Positions 13,358 through 24,482 of a DNA stretch of 64,000 nucleotides are shown here, in pieces. Both the position numbers and the translations under genes were made by a program. A model generated the notes under the pieces. It was not told where the DNA came from. It did not search any database and saw only the letters and a list, made by a program, of their open reading frames with translations. Source of the stretch: Callorhinchus milii (taxonomy: Eukaryota); assembly GCF_018977255.1 (NCBI RefSeq), contig NW_024704743.1, positions 34,846,001 through 34,910,000 of the forward strand. The letters run 5' to 3'. Every line of letters begins with the position of its first letter. Position 1 is the stretch's first letter.

Positions 13358-14605
13358 GTCAACAAGACTGAGGTCCTCCTAATTGGCTCCTGTCAGCGCC
13401 TCCACACCTCAGGTGCTGACAGCATCACCATCCAACAACAGCAACAAAATTACATTTATAGAGCGCCTTTCAAGTCGGGAGGACATCCCAAAGCATTGAA
13501 CAGTCAGATGGCGAGGCCCGAGCATGGGGGAGGGGTGGTGTAGGAGTGAGGGAAGGCAGAGAGGTGGGAGGGGGACTAAAGGAACGGTCGAAGAGAAGGG
13601 TCTTGATGCAAGGGAAGAAGCGAGGTGAAGGAACTGTGGGATGGAGTTCCAGAATGTGGAGGCAGAGTGGCTGAAAGCCCGGCCACCGATGGTAGGGCGG
13701 GTCGGGCGGGAGACATGGAGCAGGCCGGAGCCCGATGAGCGGAGGGAGCGGGCAGGTTGGTAGGGAGTCAGGAGGTAGGAGGGGGCAAGGCCATGGATGG
13801 CCTTAAAGGTGAGGACGAGGATCTTGAAGGATGCACACTCCACCTCACTGAGCCTGTCCAGAACCTTGGCATCTTGTTTGACCCTCAACTGTCCTTTCTA
13901 CACCACTTCCATGCCATGACCTGCTCTGACTTCCCCCACCTCCACAACATCGCCCGGCTCTGCCACTGTCTCACACTGCAGCCCGCCGAGATCCTCATAC
14001 ACATGTTCATAACATCCAGGCTTGACTATGCAAACTCCCTGCTTGTCAGCCTCCCCAACTCCTCCCTCCATAAGCTGTAGATCATCCAGAACTCTGCAGC
14101 CCATGTCCTCTCCCACATCAGGTTCCATGATCCCATCACCCCATCCTCGCCCCATTCCACTGGCTTTCTATCACTTAGAGGATCCAGTTCAAGATCTTGG
14201 TCCTCACCTTCAAAGCTCTCCATAGCCTTGCTCCCCCCTACCTCTGTGACCTCCTTAACCCCTACCAACCTGCCAACTCCCTCCAATCAATGGGCTCCAG
14301 CCTGCTTCATGTCCCCCGCCTCCCCCACCCCACCATTGGTGGGCGTACCTTCAGCCACTCTACCCCCACCCTCTGGAACGCCATTCTACATTCCCTCTGC
14401 CTTGCCCCCTCCCTTGTTTCCTTTAAGACCTGTTTCAAGACCTTCCTCTTCGACCGTGCCTTCGATCACCCACCTTCCACCCCTGCCCTCCACCCTCCGC
14501 GATCTCCAGCTTGGATCCAAAACACTGATTGTCCAGCGCCTTGGGAAATCCTCCCAACGTGAAAGGTGCTATACAAATGTAATTTTGTTGTTATTTGGTT
14601 GTTGT
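13358..14605 (+). mobile_element. L2-type LINE 3' portion with a nested antisense L2 fragment (13434-13828)
   Basis: NLGILFDPQLSF..HNIARL..FITSRLDYANSLL..FKALHSLAPPYL..IGGR..KTFLFD plus tail; the insert splits the host between atcca and ggatgcacactcc. Confidence 0.88.
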
Positions 14606-16249
14606 TGAAATTGCTCTTTGTAACTGTAAACCTATGTCCTCTTGTTTTACTGCCTTGGCGCATCCTAGAGCATTGTTTTGGATTTAATTTTCAATCTAAT
14701 TTAAAATTGTATGCATCTCTCTAAAGTCAACTCTGAGTCATCTTCTCTCAAGAGTGCAGAGCACTAGCATAGCTAATTGTTGCTTACAGTTCATTCCTCT
14801 AACACTGGAGATCATCCTCGTTGTTCTCCTGTGCATTGCCTCTAGGGCCTGCGAACCCAGTGTCATGTCATGGTGACCAGAACTGTGTGCAGTATTCTAG
14901 GTGTGTCTAACCCAAGCTCCTTATAACTTGAGTATGATGTCTGGGCATCTGAATTCAACATGATTTAGCCATATAGCCCAGTATCCTGTCTGCCTTATTT
15001 GGTGCCTCACAATGTTTGATATTGTGAACAATGAGATAAGTAACGCCTCGAGATCTCTTACAGATTCCCCTTGGCAAGTTAATTATGTCACCTTGGGGCA
15101 AGTTCAGTCTCAACGAGACCCGGCTTACGGTCCCCACCTCGCATCCAGGAGGATAGTGAATTCTGTAGTTGGTCATTAGATATCTGAAGAGTGTGGCTTT
15201 AAGCCCTTGCTGGTGGATAGTAAGTACTAAGAACTCCTTGCGAGCTTCTTGCTGAGCAAGAAATGTTTGGTAGCATTGCCACTGCTTAGCTCCTGGCAGT
15301 GTCAACGATGAGACAGGCTAAGGGCTCTTCAGTTTCGAGATAAGATGACTCAGAGGTGACCTTAGAGAGATGTATAAAATTTTAAATGAGATTGAAAAAG
15401 TAAATCCCAAACAATCCTTTAGGATGCACCGAGATAGTAAAACAAGAGGACATAATTACTACACAGATCTATATTGTACTCAAAATAGAATTGTTCAATG
15501 CCTTGCAACAACTCATATGATGTACTACTTCATTCATAATACAGTAATGCAATGACTGAGAGCCATATTTTACAGTACACAGAGGAGATAGAGGAACCAA
15601 TGACATTTATCTCTGACCTCAGTTTGAAGCTATAGAACATCAGTCTAATAGTATTATGCAATTGTCAACATTGTACAACTAATCTTTCACAGATCATTTC
15701 TCTTTGCTCCAAAGACAGGAGCCACAGAATAATTTGTCATTTATGTGTATGCTTATCCCTAAAATCATTAATCTCTTTCATAACCCCGGATCACTCCTGT
15801 TCTTTTTAGGGCATTTAATTGACAAAGCATTATATACTTTATTCCATATATTTACTACTGCTTGGGCAATAAGACATCTTTCCAATTTTCAATTTTATTT
15901 GCGATTGTTAATTTTATCTTTCACTATTACTGTCACAGTTAAATTATTTGCCCACATTTATCATATCCCTCTCAATCGTCTTTTCTCCTATGAAAACAGA
16001 GGCCAGTTCTGTTAGATCACGCTCATAATTTAGCGTTTAGGTTCTCAAAATGGTTCTCAGCTTTGAACTTATCACCCCTATCCTCATAAATGTTGTTTTA
16101 AGACAAATGGCCCTAACATAAGGTATAAATTTAGAAATTTATAATATACCGATTAGGGATTAACCAGACATGCTGGGAGTGACCCGCCCTCCCACTAACT
16201 CTTTTCTTAAATTCTCCATCTTAAGCTCTTGTTTCCATCTCCAGCTCTT

Positions 16250-16565
16250 AAAAGTAATCCTTGCATTTGATATAGCGCTTTTCACGTCGGGAGGACGTCC
16301 CAAAGCGCTTCACAGAACACACTGTAAAGTGAATTGACTGTATATTTGTGGGCGAACGCGGCAGCCAATTGCGCACAGCAATGTCCCACAAACAGTCGTC
16401 GATTGAAAATGACCAATTTATTATTGTTTTGGGTTTTGGAGGGATTATTATTAGGCGTGTGGAGTAAGGAAACTTGCCCAAGGTTTCGCCCTGACCTGCC
16501 TGGAATTGAACTCAGGTCTCTCGCTTGCAAAGCGAGTGCTTTAACCACTGAGCTACAGGACTCCA
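16250..16565 (-). mobile_element. tRNA-derived SINE, short subfamily, full length
   Basis: Near-identical to 1767-2082; candidate TSD CAGCTCTT at 16242-16249 and 16566-16573. Confidence 0.9.
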
Positions 16566-17952
16566 CAGCTCTTGTTTTTTACCCAAATAAAAATTCAAAC
16601 CATGATTCCACTAACTGGCAATTTACGTCCACAAACCATCAGTCTGTAGCAGAATGCACAATCCAACTTGGTAGATGTGAGCATTGAGCACGGTACTGTA
16701 GGATGCATCCCCGATGGTGTAATGAATAGAGCTGCAGCTTATGGACCAGCAATTTGCTGATTCGAATCTCATGCAGTTTGCCATTCTCAGCCGGTCCCTC
16801 TATTGGTCATGTGCAGGTGTGGCGCTGGGTGGGGGGAGGTCAGGCACAGCTTTGTTGCCCTCTGCAGACACATGACCAAGCCCTGCTGACACATGACCAA
16901 GGCTCACATATGATCAATGGTCACTTGGGCAGGGTCCTCGAGTGCTCTTGAAACCCCTTGGAGCAGGAGCAGAGAGACATGTACCAATGGGGAGAAAATT
17001 AAGGAAAAAATGGACACACTTTTTTTTGAATGAAGGTATTCAGAGGAGGCTCCCTCCAGCAAATGTTGCTAATTCACATTCAATTACAAGAATCTCCAAT
17101 GTAAACTGCATTTAGACCCCCAAAATATACAAAACTACACATCTACAAAATGAAACGTTTCACCTAAGCTGTTCACCTAAAGTTCAGTCAAAGTCTGATT
17201 GAGCCATCTCGTGCTGATCAGCAAACTAAAATAATGATCAGGCCACTTTACTGGTTGTCAGTCTCAGGACAGTTAGAGAGGTTCACAGCAATGAAAGCAT
17301 CACAACAGGAAGTGTAAATTGCGAGGCTTCTGCTTTACATCTTTCACTCATGACTGCAACTCAGCAAAGCACATTGTTCACAGTAAATGCACCACTGTGG
17401 TTAGATTATACTGATTAGAAGGAAACAAGTTCAAAGAGGCAAACCAAAAATAGGCTTTGGATTGTCCAAAATGGCCATGGTTCAATCTACGTCATGTTGG
17501 CGAATTTTTAACCTAAAATTTTGTAGTTACTTGTATGGAAATACAGTGTTAGATATGTAAAAATTATGGTGAATTTTATTGACCACAATTTTGCGCCCTG
17601 GCATGCAACCCACCATTTGCAAATAACAAACTATATGCTTTTGATTATCACCATTGCATATCTATCCATTATTGATAGGTTAGCTTACATCTCCGCACTC
17701 ACCCACCCACCCCGCCTTGTGTTAACGGATCATCCAAAGGTCAGTGCCTCCAACAATGTAGCACTCCCCAGCTCTGCACTGGAACATCAGGCCCCTAGAC
17801 CATGAGCATAGAGTTCTGATATGCGGCTTGAGTTTACAACCTTCTAACTCAGAGACAAAAAAATTACTATCTGAGCCAGGCTGACACCTAAAAAGATAAA
17901 CAGGTAAAATTATGTCTTTGGATGCCTCTTGTTGATATGCATTTTATGCACA

Positions 17953-18313
17953 GGAATCCTGTAGCTCAGTGGACAGAGCATTTGCCTCACAAGCGAGAGA
18001 CTTGGGTTTGATTTCCGGCAGGGCGAAACATTGAGTAAGTTTCCTTACTCCACACACCTCTGTTTACCTAGCAGTACCTAGGAACCCGGTTGTTTGTTGA
18101 TTGGCGGATTGTTTTTCTGGGGTAATAATTCCTTCAAAAAAAAATTGGTCACTCAATCCATGACTGTTTGTGGGACACTGCTGTGTGCAATTGGCTGCCA
18201 TGTTTCACCCAAAAGATATACAGTCAATTCACTTTACAGTATATTCTGTGAAGCACTTTAAGATGTCTCAAAGACGTGATAAGGCGCTATATCAAATGCA
18301 AGTATTAGTATTA
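17953..18313 (+). mobile_element. tRNA-derived SINE, long subfamily
   Basis: ggaatcctgtagctcagtgg head through gcgctatatcaaatgcaag tail. Confidence 0.88.
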
Positions 18314-18914
18314 TCTAGCCTTCCCATTGCTCTCTTGATCTTGTAATATTGATTATTCTCAACTATTGTCGGGCTCCCAGTATTCATTGCTATTTATTCC
18401 CTTGTATTTTTAAAATGCTTGCGTTTGACCCTAAGAATACTGCTGATTTCCTTAAACAGTCACCGTGGTTTAGATCTTGCTGTTCCTCTGTTTACTCATG
18501 GGAATATATTTACTTTATTTGCATCTCTTAAAATAGTGTTAAAAATCTGCTGTTTTCTTGCAGCATTTTCACATTCATGTAATCCCGATAAAGAGCTCTT
18601 CTAGGTCCAAAGGTTGCTCTTCTAGTGTCTTCTAACTGCATTTTTATTTTGACCTCAGTATTAATAGCAAAAAAAACCTACTGCAGAAATCACTGAAACA
18701 CAAGGGTTCACTTCCTTTAAGTTTATTGATTAGGGGCTCTATATCACACCCCTGCGAATTTCATCCCACTGTTTTAAGAAAGTTGCCGAGCTTCATTTCC
18801 TTGTCATTACTGGTTTGTCCACTTTTTAAACGATGGATTTTAAGACCTTCTGTCGTTCGCACAGATTATCTCCTGCACCCACCCTACATTCATGCCAACA
18901 GATATTGCTCTGTA

Positions 18915-19170
18915 TAAACAAAACACAAAATACTGCAGATGCTGGAAATCTGAAAACAAAAACAAAAATCGCTGGGAACACTCAGCAGGTCAGGCAGCAT
19001 CTATGGAGAAAGGAAAGTAATTCAACGTTTCGGGTCCACGACCCTTCGTCAGAACTGGGGCATGTTGGGAGGGAGAGGCTTTTAAGGGCTAACAGAGAGG
19101 GGGGAGGCAGGGCAAGGAAGACAAAGGAGAAAATGGGGTAGCGGACAGGGGATGATGAGTTAAAGAGGTG
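18915..19170 (-). mobile_element. Penelope-like element terminal region with hammerhead motif
   Basis: Same terminal repeat as 6959, 20404 and 60858, preceded on the - strand by a pyrimidine-rich tract; hammerhead core at 19020-19056. Confidence 0.72.
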
Positions 19171-19179
19171 TTAATGATG

Positions 19180-20240
19180 CAAAACAGTGTTTCGGACCCG
19201 AGCTGGGGGTCGGGATTGGGGAGGGTGGAAGGCAGAGGGAAGGAGGGTGATCGAAAGCACGGTCGAAGAGGAGGGACTTGAGATGGGTCTTGAAGGAAGC
19301 AAGTGAGGGGCGAATCAGAGGGACTACAGGATGGAATTCCAGAGGGTGGTGGCAGAGAGGCTGAAGGCCGGTCACCAATGGGTGGTAGTGAAGCAGGTCA
19401 GAGCCTGCTGAGCGGAGGGAGTGGGCAGGTTGGTAGAGGGTAAGGAGGTCAAAGGTTTAGGGGGGAGCAAGACCAAGGAGCGTTTTGAAAGTTTGAGGAC
19501 CTGGAACTTAATAATAATAATAATCCTTGTATTTGATATAGCGCTTTTCACGTCAGAAGGACGTCCCAAAGCGCTTCACAGAACACACTGTAAAGTGAAT
19601 TGACTGTATATTTGTGGGCGAACGCGGCAGCCAATTGCGCACAGCAATGTCCCACAAACAGTCGTAGATTGAAAATGACCAATTTATTATTGTTTTTGGT
19701 TTTGGAGGGATTATTATTAGGCTCTGTGTGGAGTAAGGAAACTTGCCCAAGGTTTCGCCCTCTGCCTGGAATTGAACTCAGGTCTCTCGCTTGCAAAGTG
19801 AGTGCTATAACCACTGAGCTACAGGTCTCCCAGATCTTGAACTGTATCCTCTGTGTGATGGGAAGCCAGTGGAGTAGGGTGAGTGTGGAGTTGATATGGT
19901 CGCGGATCCTGGTGTGGGAGAGGACATGGGCTGCAGAGTTCTCGATGATTTCCAGCCTATGGAGGGAGAAGTTGGGGAGGATGACAAGCAGGGAGTTTGC
20001 ATAGTCAAGCCTGGATGTTATGAATACGGGTATGAGGGTTTCGGCGGCCTGCAATGTGAGACAGTGGCAGAGCTGAGCGATGTTGCGGAGGTGGAGGAAG
20101 ACAGAGCAGGTCATGGCACAGATGTGGGGTATGAAGGACAGTTGAAGGTCAAACAGGATGCCGAGATTCTATATTAGCTCCATGAGATGTAGAGTGCATC
20201 CATGGAGAGAGATGCTGTCAGCGCCTGAGGTATGGAGGAT
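19180..20240 (-). mobile_element. L2-type LINE 3' portion interrupted by a SINE
   Basis: HLRNIAQL..FITSRLDYANSLL..LHWLPITQRIQFKI continues on both sides of 19510-19830. Confidence 0.85.
19510..19830 (-). mobile_element. tRNA-derived SINE, short subfamily, nested in L2
   Basis: Near-identical to the 1767 and 16250 copies. Confidence 0.9.
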
Positions 20241-20403
20241 TCTTACCTAAAGGAATCACAACCTAACTTACATTGGCAACTCATCATAACAATGTAGACC
20301 AGTTATATCTATTTACAGTTATAATTTTAATTTTAACAATTATTCTTGTTCTCTGCACTTCCTTTTTAGCCATTATTGCCTGCACTACAATTCTTATTTA
20401 TAA

Positions 20404-20599
20404 AACGCAAAATACTGCAGATGCTGGAAATCTGAAAGAGAAACAGAAGTCGCTGGGAATACTCAGCAGGTCAGGCAGCATCTATAGAGAAAGAAAAGTG
20501 AGTCAATGTTTCGGGTCCAAGTTCTGATGAAGGGTTGTGGACCCGAAACGTTGACTCACTTTCCTTTCTCCTGAGTGTTCCAGTAACTTCCGTTTTTGT
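20404..20599 (+). mobile_element. Penelope-like fold-back mini-element with intact hammerhead core
   Basis: 13-bp TSD TTCTTATTTATAA at 20391-20403 and 20600-20612; inverted terminal-repeat copies meet at ~20519. Confidence 0.78.
20520..20556 (+). ncRNA. Minimal type I hammerhead ribozyme motif
   Basis: AGTT-CTGATGA-A-GGGTT/gtg/GACCC-GAAA-CG-TT-GACT: conserved core boxes, stem II, short stem I and palindromic ACGT in place of stem III. Confidence 0.65.
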
Positions 20600-21159
20600 T
20601 TCTTATTTATAATTTATTTCAACAAGAGGTTTCTGTTCAGAATATTGCATCATATTTCATTTGAAAAATCAACTAATACATTAAATATAGCTGTACAGTA
20701 TTTGGAGAATCCAATTCAAATTCGGCACATTCAATAGAAATAGAAATCAGTAATAAAAGCAACACAATAGAAAGAGAAATGCAGCCTCCTCCCTCCACAA
20801 CCCCCACCCCCACTCAATATCCCTGAGTTTGGGAGGGAGAAAACATGGGATACATTTTGTATTACTGATCACCATCCAGTGTCAAATACTCAAACCCTGA
20901 TGTCAGCCTGCCTCAGTTAGTGGCACTCATGCCTCTCAATCAGAAGGTTTGAGACTGATAAAAAGGATAAAGGGCTGAGAAATGGACATAGGGATATTAG
21001 AAGTGAAAGAAATTAAATTAAATAATCCTAATCATTACATTTGATATAGTGCCTTTCACGTCAGGGTGTTGTGTGCAAGTGTTCACAGGACATATCGCAC
21101 AGTGTTTGGAGGGCAATGTCCCATAAACAGCCATGAAATGAATGACTGACTTTATTAAG

Positions 21160-22285
21160 CTTCGCTCCTTCCTCTCCAGGCACTCCCTTTATGAAACCCT
21201 CCAATCAGGTTTCCGTGCCGCCCACAGCACAGAAACAAGTCCAAGTGACAAATAACATTCTGTCCATCTGCGACGAAGGCTCCATCTGCTTCCTCATCCT
21301 CCTTGACCTCTCTGCTGCTTTCGACACCATCGACCACTCTATCCTCATCCACCACCTCTCCTCTCACTTCAACCTTCACGGTTCTGTCCTTGACTGGTTC
21401 AGATCATACCTCTCACACCGCCTGCACTTCATCTCCTCAAACGGCTTCTCCTTTGGTCCCTGCACCGTCTCGTGCAGCGTTCCTCAGGGCTCTGTCCTTG
21501 GTTCTCTATTCTTCAACATGTATATGCTCCCTCTTGGTGACATCATCCGCAGACATGGTGTCAACTTGCACATGTTTGCGGATGACACCCAACACTATCT
21601 TTCTGCCTCCACCCTCGACTCCAGGACCACTGCGGTTCTGACAGACTGCCTGTCGGACATTAACTCCTGGATGAAAGCTAACTTTCTACAGTTGAACGTT
21701 AATGAGACCGAGGCCCTCCTGATTGTCTCCCGTTAGCGCCTCCGCGCCTTAGACGCTGACAGCATCACCAACCATGAATTCACACTCCACCTTACTAAGT
21801 CAGGCCAGAACCTTGGCTTCTTGTTTGACCTTCAACTATTCTGTCTATCCCACATCCAGGCCATCACCTGCTCTGCCTTCCCCCACCTCCGCAACATCTC
21901 CCAGCTCTGCCACTGCCTCACACTGCAGGCCGCCGAAACCCTCATACACACATCCATAACATTGAGGCTTGACTATGCAAACTCCCTGCTTGTCAGCCCC
22001 CCCAACTCCTCCCTCGAAAGCTGCAGATGGTTCAGAACTCTGCAACCCTCTCCCTGGTGTATCCTCTCCCATACCAGGTTCCGTGACCCTATCACCCCAT
22101 CCTCGCCCAACTCCAGTGGCTTCCCATCACTTACAGGATACAGTTCAAGATCCTGGTCCTCACCTTCAAAGCCCTCCAGGGCCCTGCTCCCCCCTACCTC
22201 TGCAACCTCCTAACCCCTACCATCCTGCCCGCTCCCTCTGCTCAGTGGGCTCCATCCTGCATAACGTCCCCGCCTAACACCCCCC
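21160..22285 (+). mobile_element. L2-type LINE RT and C-terminal region, disrupted
   Basis: [22 protein letters not shown] and MFADDTQ RT motifs with stops and frameshifts. Confidence 0.92.
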
Positions 22286-23964
22286 AGCACTGTATACGTG
22301 TGTCAGTTTGGAGTCTTAGGCTATGGGAGTTTCAAGCACATTGGTCAGAGATGGCAGTGTAAACCTGTCTTTCTGCTTCATTAGACTATACTGTTTGAAG
22401 TGAAGCTGCTTCGCTCTTGGCAATATAGCATTAGCCAAATTCCTGAACACACCCATTTAACACATAAAAAAGTGTATCAACTAACAGAACAATTAAATAA
22501 GCATCAGAATTTCAACAGATTTAAATCTAAACAACAATCTCACATAATACAACCAATACTTCAAAATAAGAATTTGACATACCAGTGTATTATTTTGTAA
22601 AATTGCCCAATTATATCTGATAAATTTGATTCTGGATCCAATGTAATATTCTTCTGGTATGGAGTGAGATATGCTTTAATTGTTTAACCTTCTCATTTTC
22701 TTTTTTGTGTATTTTTAACATGAATCTTTTTAAACCTCTTTCCTTTGAAGCATATTTACTACTTCTAATAATAATCCTTCCATTTGCATTATAACCCACA
22801 AAATATTCCAAACAACTGTAACTTCAAAGCATGCTTATGCATCAAGCTTATTCAGTCTTCAAAACATTTTACTATGTTGCATCATTTCAATTTAGATTAC
22901 AGAACTGTTTTTCAACCTAAAGTTTAAAACTAAGACCTGGGAAGTCAATTGAGACATACATGGTAAAAGCATTTTATTTACAGTTCCCACCATTATGTCA
23001 CTTCTGTGAGATTGACACAACAGAAGCTGTTTGTACCTTTCTCTTGTCAGGGAGATGTAAAAACCTGACAATGTGTCAGAAATAAGCTCCCACTCTTGCA
23101 CTGCGTTTACTCGGATGATATCACTAACTTGACTTATATTAATGAGTACAAAATGCAGTGTTTTTTGAATTCCTACCCTCAAATATTTGTCACGTTGAAA
23201 AAGTCGCAAAAATGAACAATTTTAAGAAAGTTCTACAATTATATTTTTTGGAAGAAAACACAATTGATACTACGTATTTTAATGTCTTTGGTTTTTCTAA
23301 AATCATTCTCGGTCTATTTTATGGTTTATCAATATCAATCTGTGCTTCAAGCTCTATATTCACAGCTGGGCCTAATAGGTTGCTTACATCTGCATCATCT
23401 TTGTTTCTCAGCCTTGGGTGGTTGCAATAAGTTGATTTCTTAAATAATTTAATATCTGCCTGTATAGCCGATAAAATAATATTGAACTGCAGGGTACCAT
23501 GATTTTCATGAGATTGTGGGATACATTATAAAAATAATTTTGAAAGTTTAATTGGATTAATAACAGCATTCTACATTAAAATATTTAGAGATTGTAGTCT
23601 GTTAAATGGGACGTACAGTCGAATGAATTGTTCTGTTTTTTTCATATGGGTGAAACTTTGGGACGTCCTCCCGACGTGAAAAGCACTATATCAAATGCAA
23701 GGATTATTATTATTATTATTATTATTACAACTGTCTCAATCTAAACAAACAGCTGTGTTTTGGGGATAATTTTGCTCACCAATTTTCTTGCTTCGTCTCT
23801 TGGAGGCTTTAATCTCTTTCTTTCTCTTACGGGGCTGTGACTCCAAGGCCACTGGCTGGCCCTGGCCAGAGTGATCCTCATTCATGTGTGATCCTTGCCT
23901 GAGCGTCAACCATTCAAACGCCAGTCACTTTACCTTCTCCTGCAACATCGCAGCGTCCCCCCAT

Positions 23965-24140
23965 GTGACATGACATGACATCTATGACATCAAAGTGTTG
24001 CCTTGTGACGTCGTGACATGACCTCTATGACATCAAAGTGCCTTGTGACGTCATGGAGTTGCTCTCTGTGACATCATAGTGTTCCCCAGTGATATCATAG
24101 AGGCCTCTATGACATCGTTGTGTTCCGCGATGATGTAGGA
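23965..24140. promoter_or_regulatory. Phased cluster of CRE-like octamers in a locally CpG-richer region
   Basis: TGACRTCR/TGATATCA motifs start at 23985, 24006, 24028, 24046, 24069, 24090 and 24110. Confidence 0.5.
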
Positions 24141-24340
24141 CACCCCGAGCCATCGGGAATGAGGACCGTTCATTGCTACTCACAATCCATCCTTTATTCC
24201 CTCTCGTGGTGCGCAGAGGACGCGCTCCTGGGCTCTCTTTGAGCAGCAGTTCTGAAACAGGCTAACAGATCAATTAACTATTCAGTAGAATATATTTACC
24301 CTCAAAATATCTGTTAACTCATGTTGAAAATATACAAAGG

Positions 24341-24482
<142 letters not shown>

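Noticed and set aside
16680..16970. Possible additional ancient SINE (weak similarity to 23840-23900 inverted)
   Set aside because: Too decayed to define ends or family by eye.
17953..18025. tRNA gene candidates at SINE heads
   Set aside because: No proper acceptor stem, and each continues into the same SINE body and tail.
19548..20114. 188-aa chimeric ORF
   Set aside because: Chance read-through from an L2 fragment into a nested SINE.
21191..21736. Reverse-transcriptase ORFs as functional genes (also 28491-29007, 49464-50036, 3769-4068)
   Set aside because: 5'-truncated, frameshifted L2/CR1 relics with no endonuclease domain or full ORF2.
23965..24140. CRISPR-like pattern of a palindromic repeat with variable spacers
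   Set aside because: Repeat is only 8 bp with ~13-bp spacers, the context is vertebrate and there are no cas genes; treated as a motif array instead.
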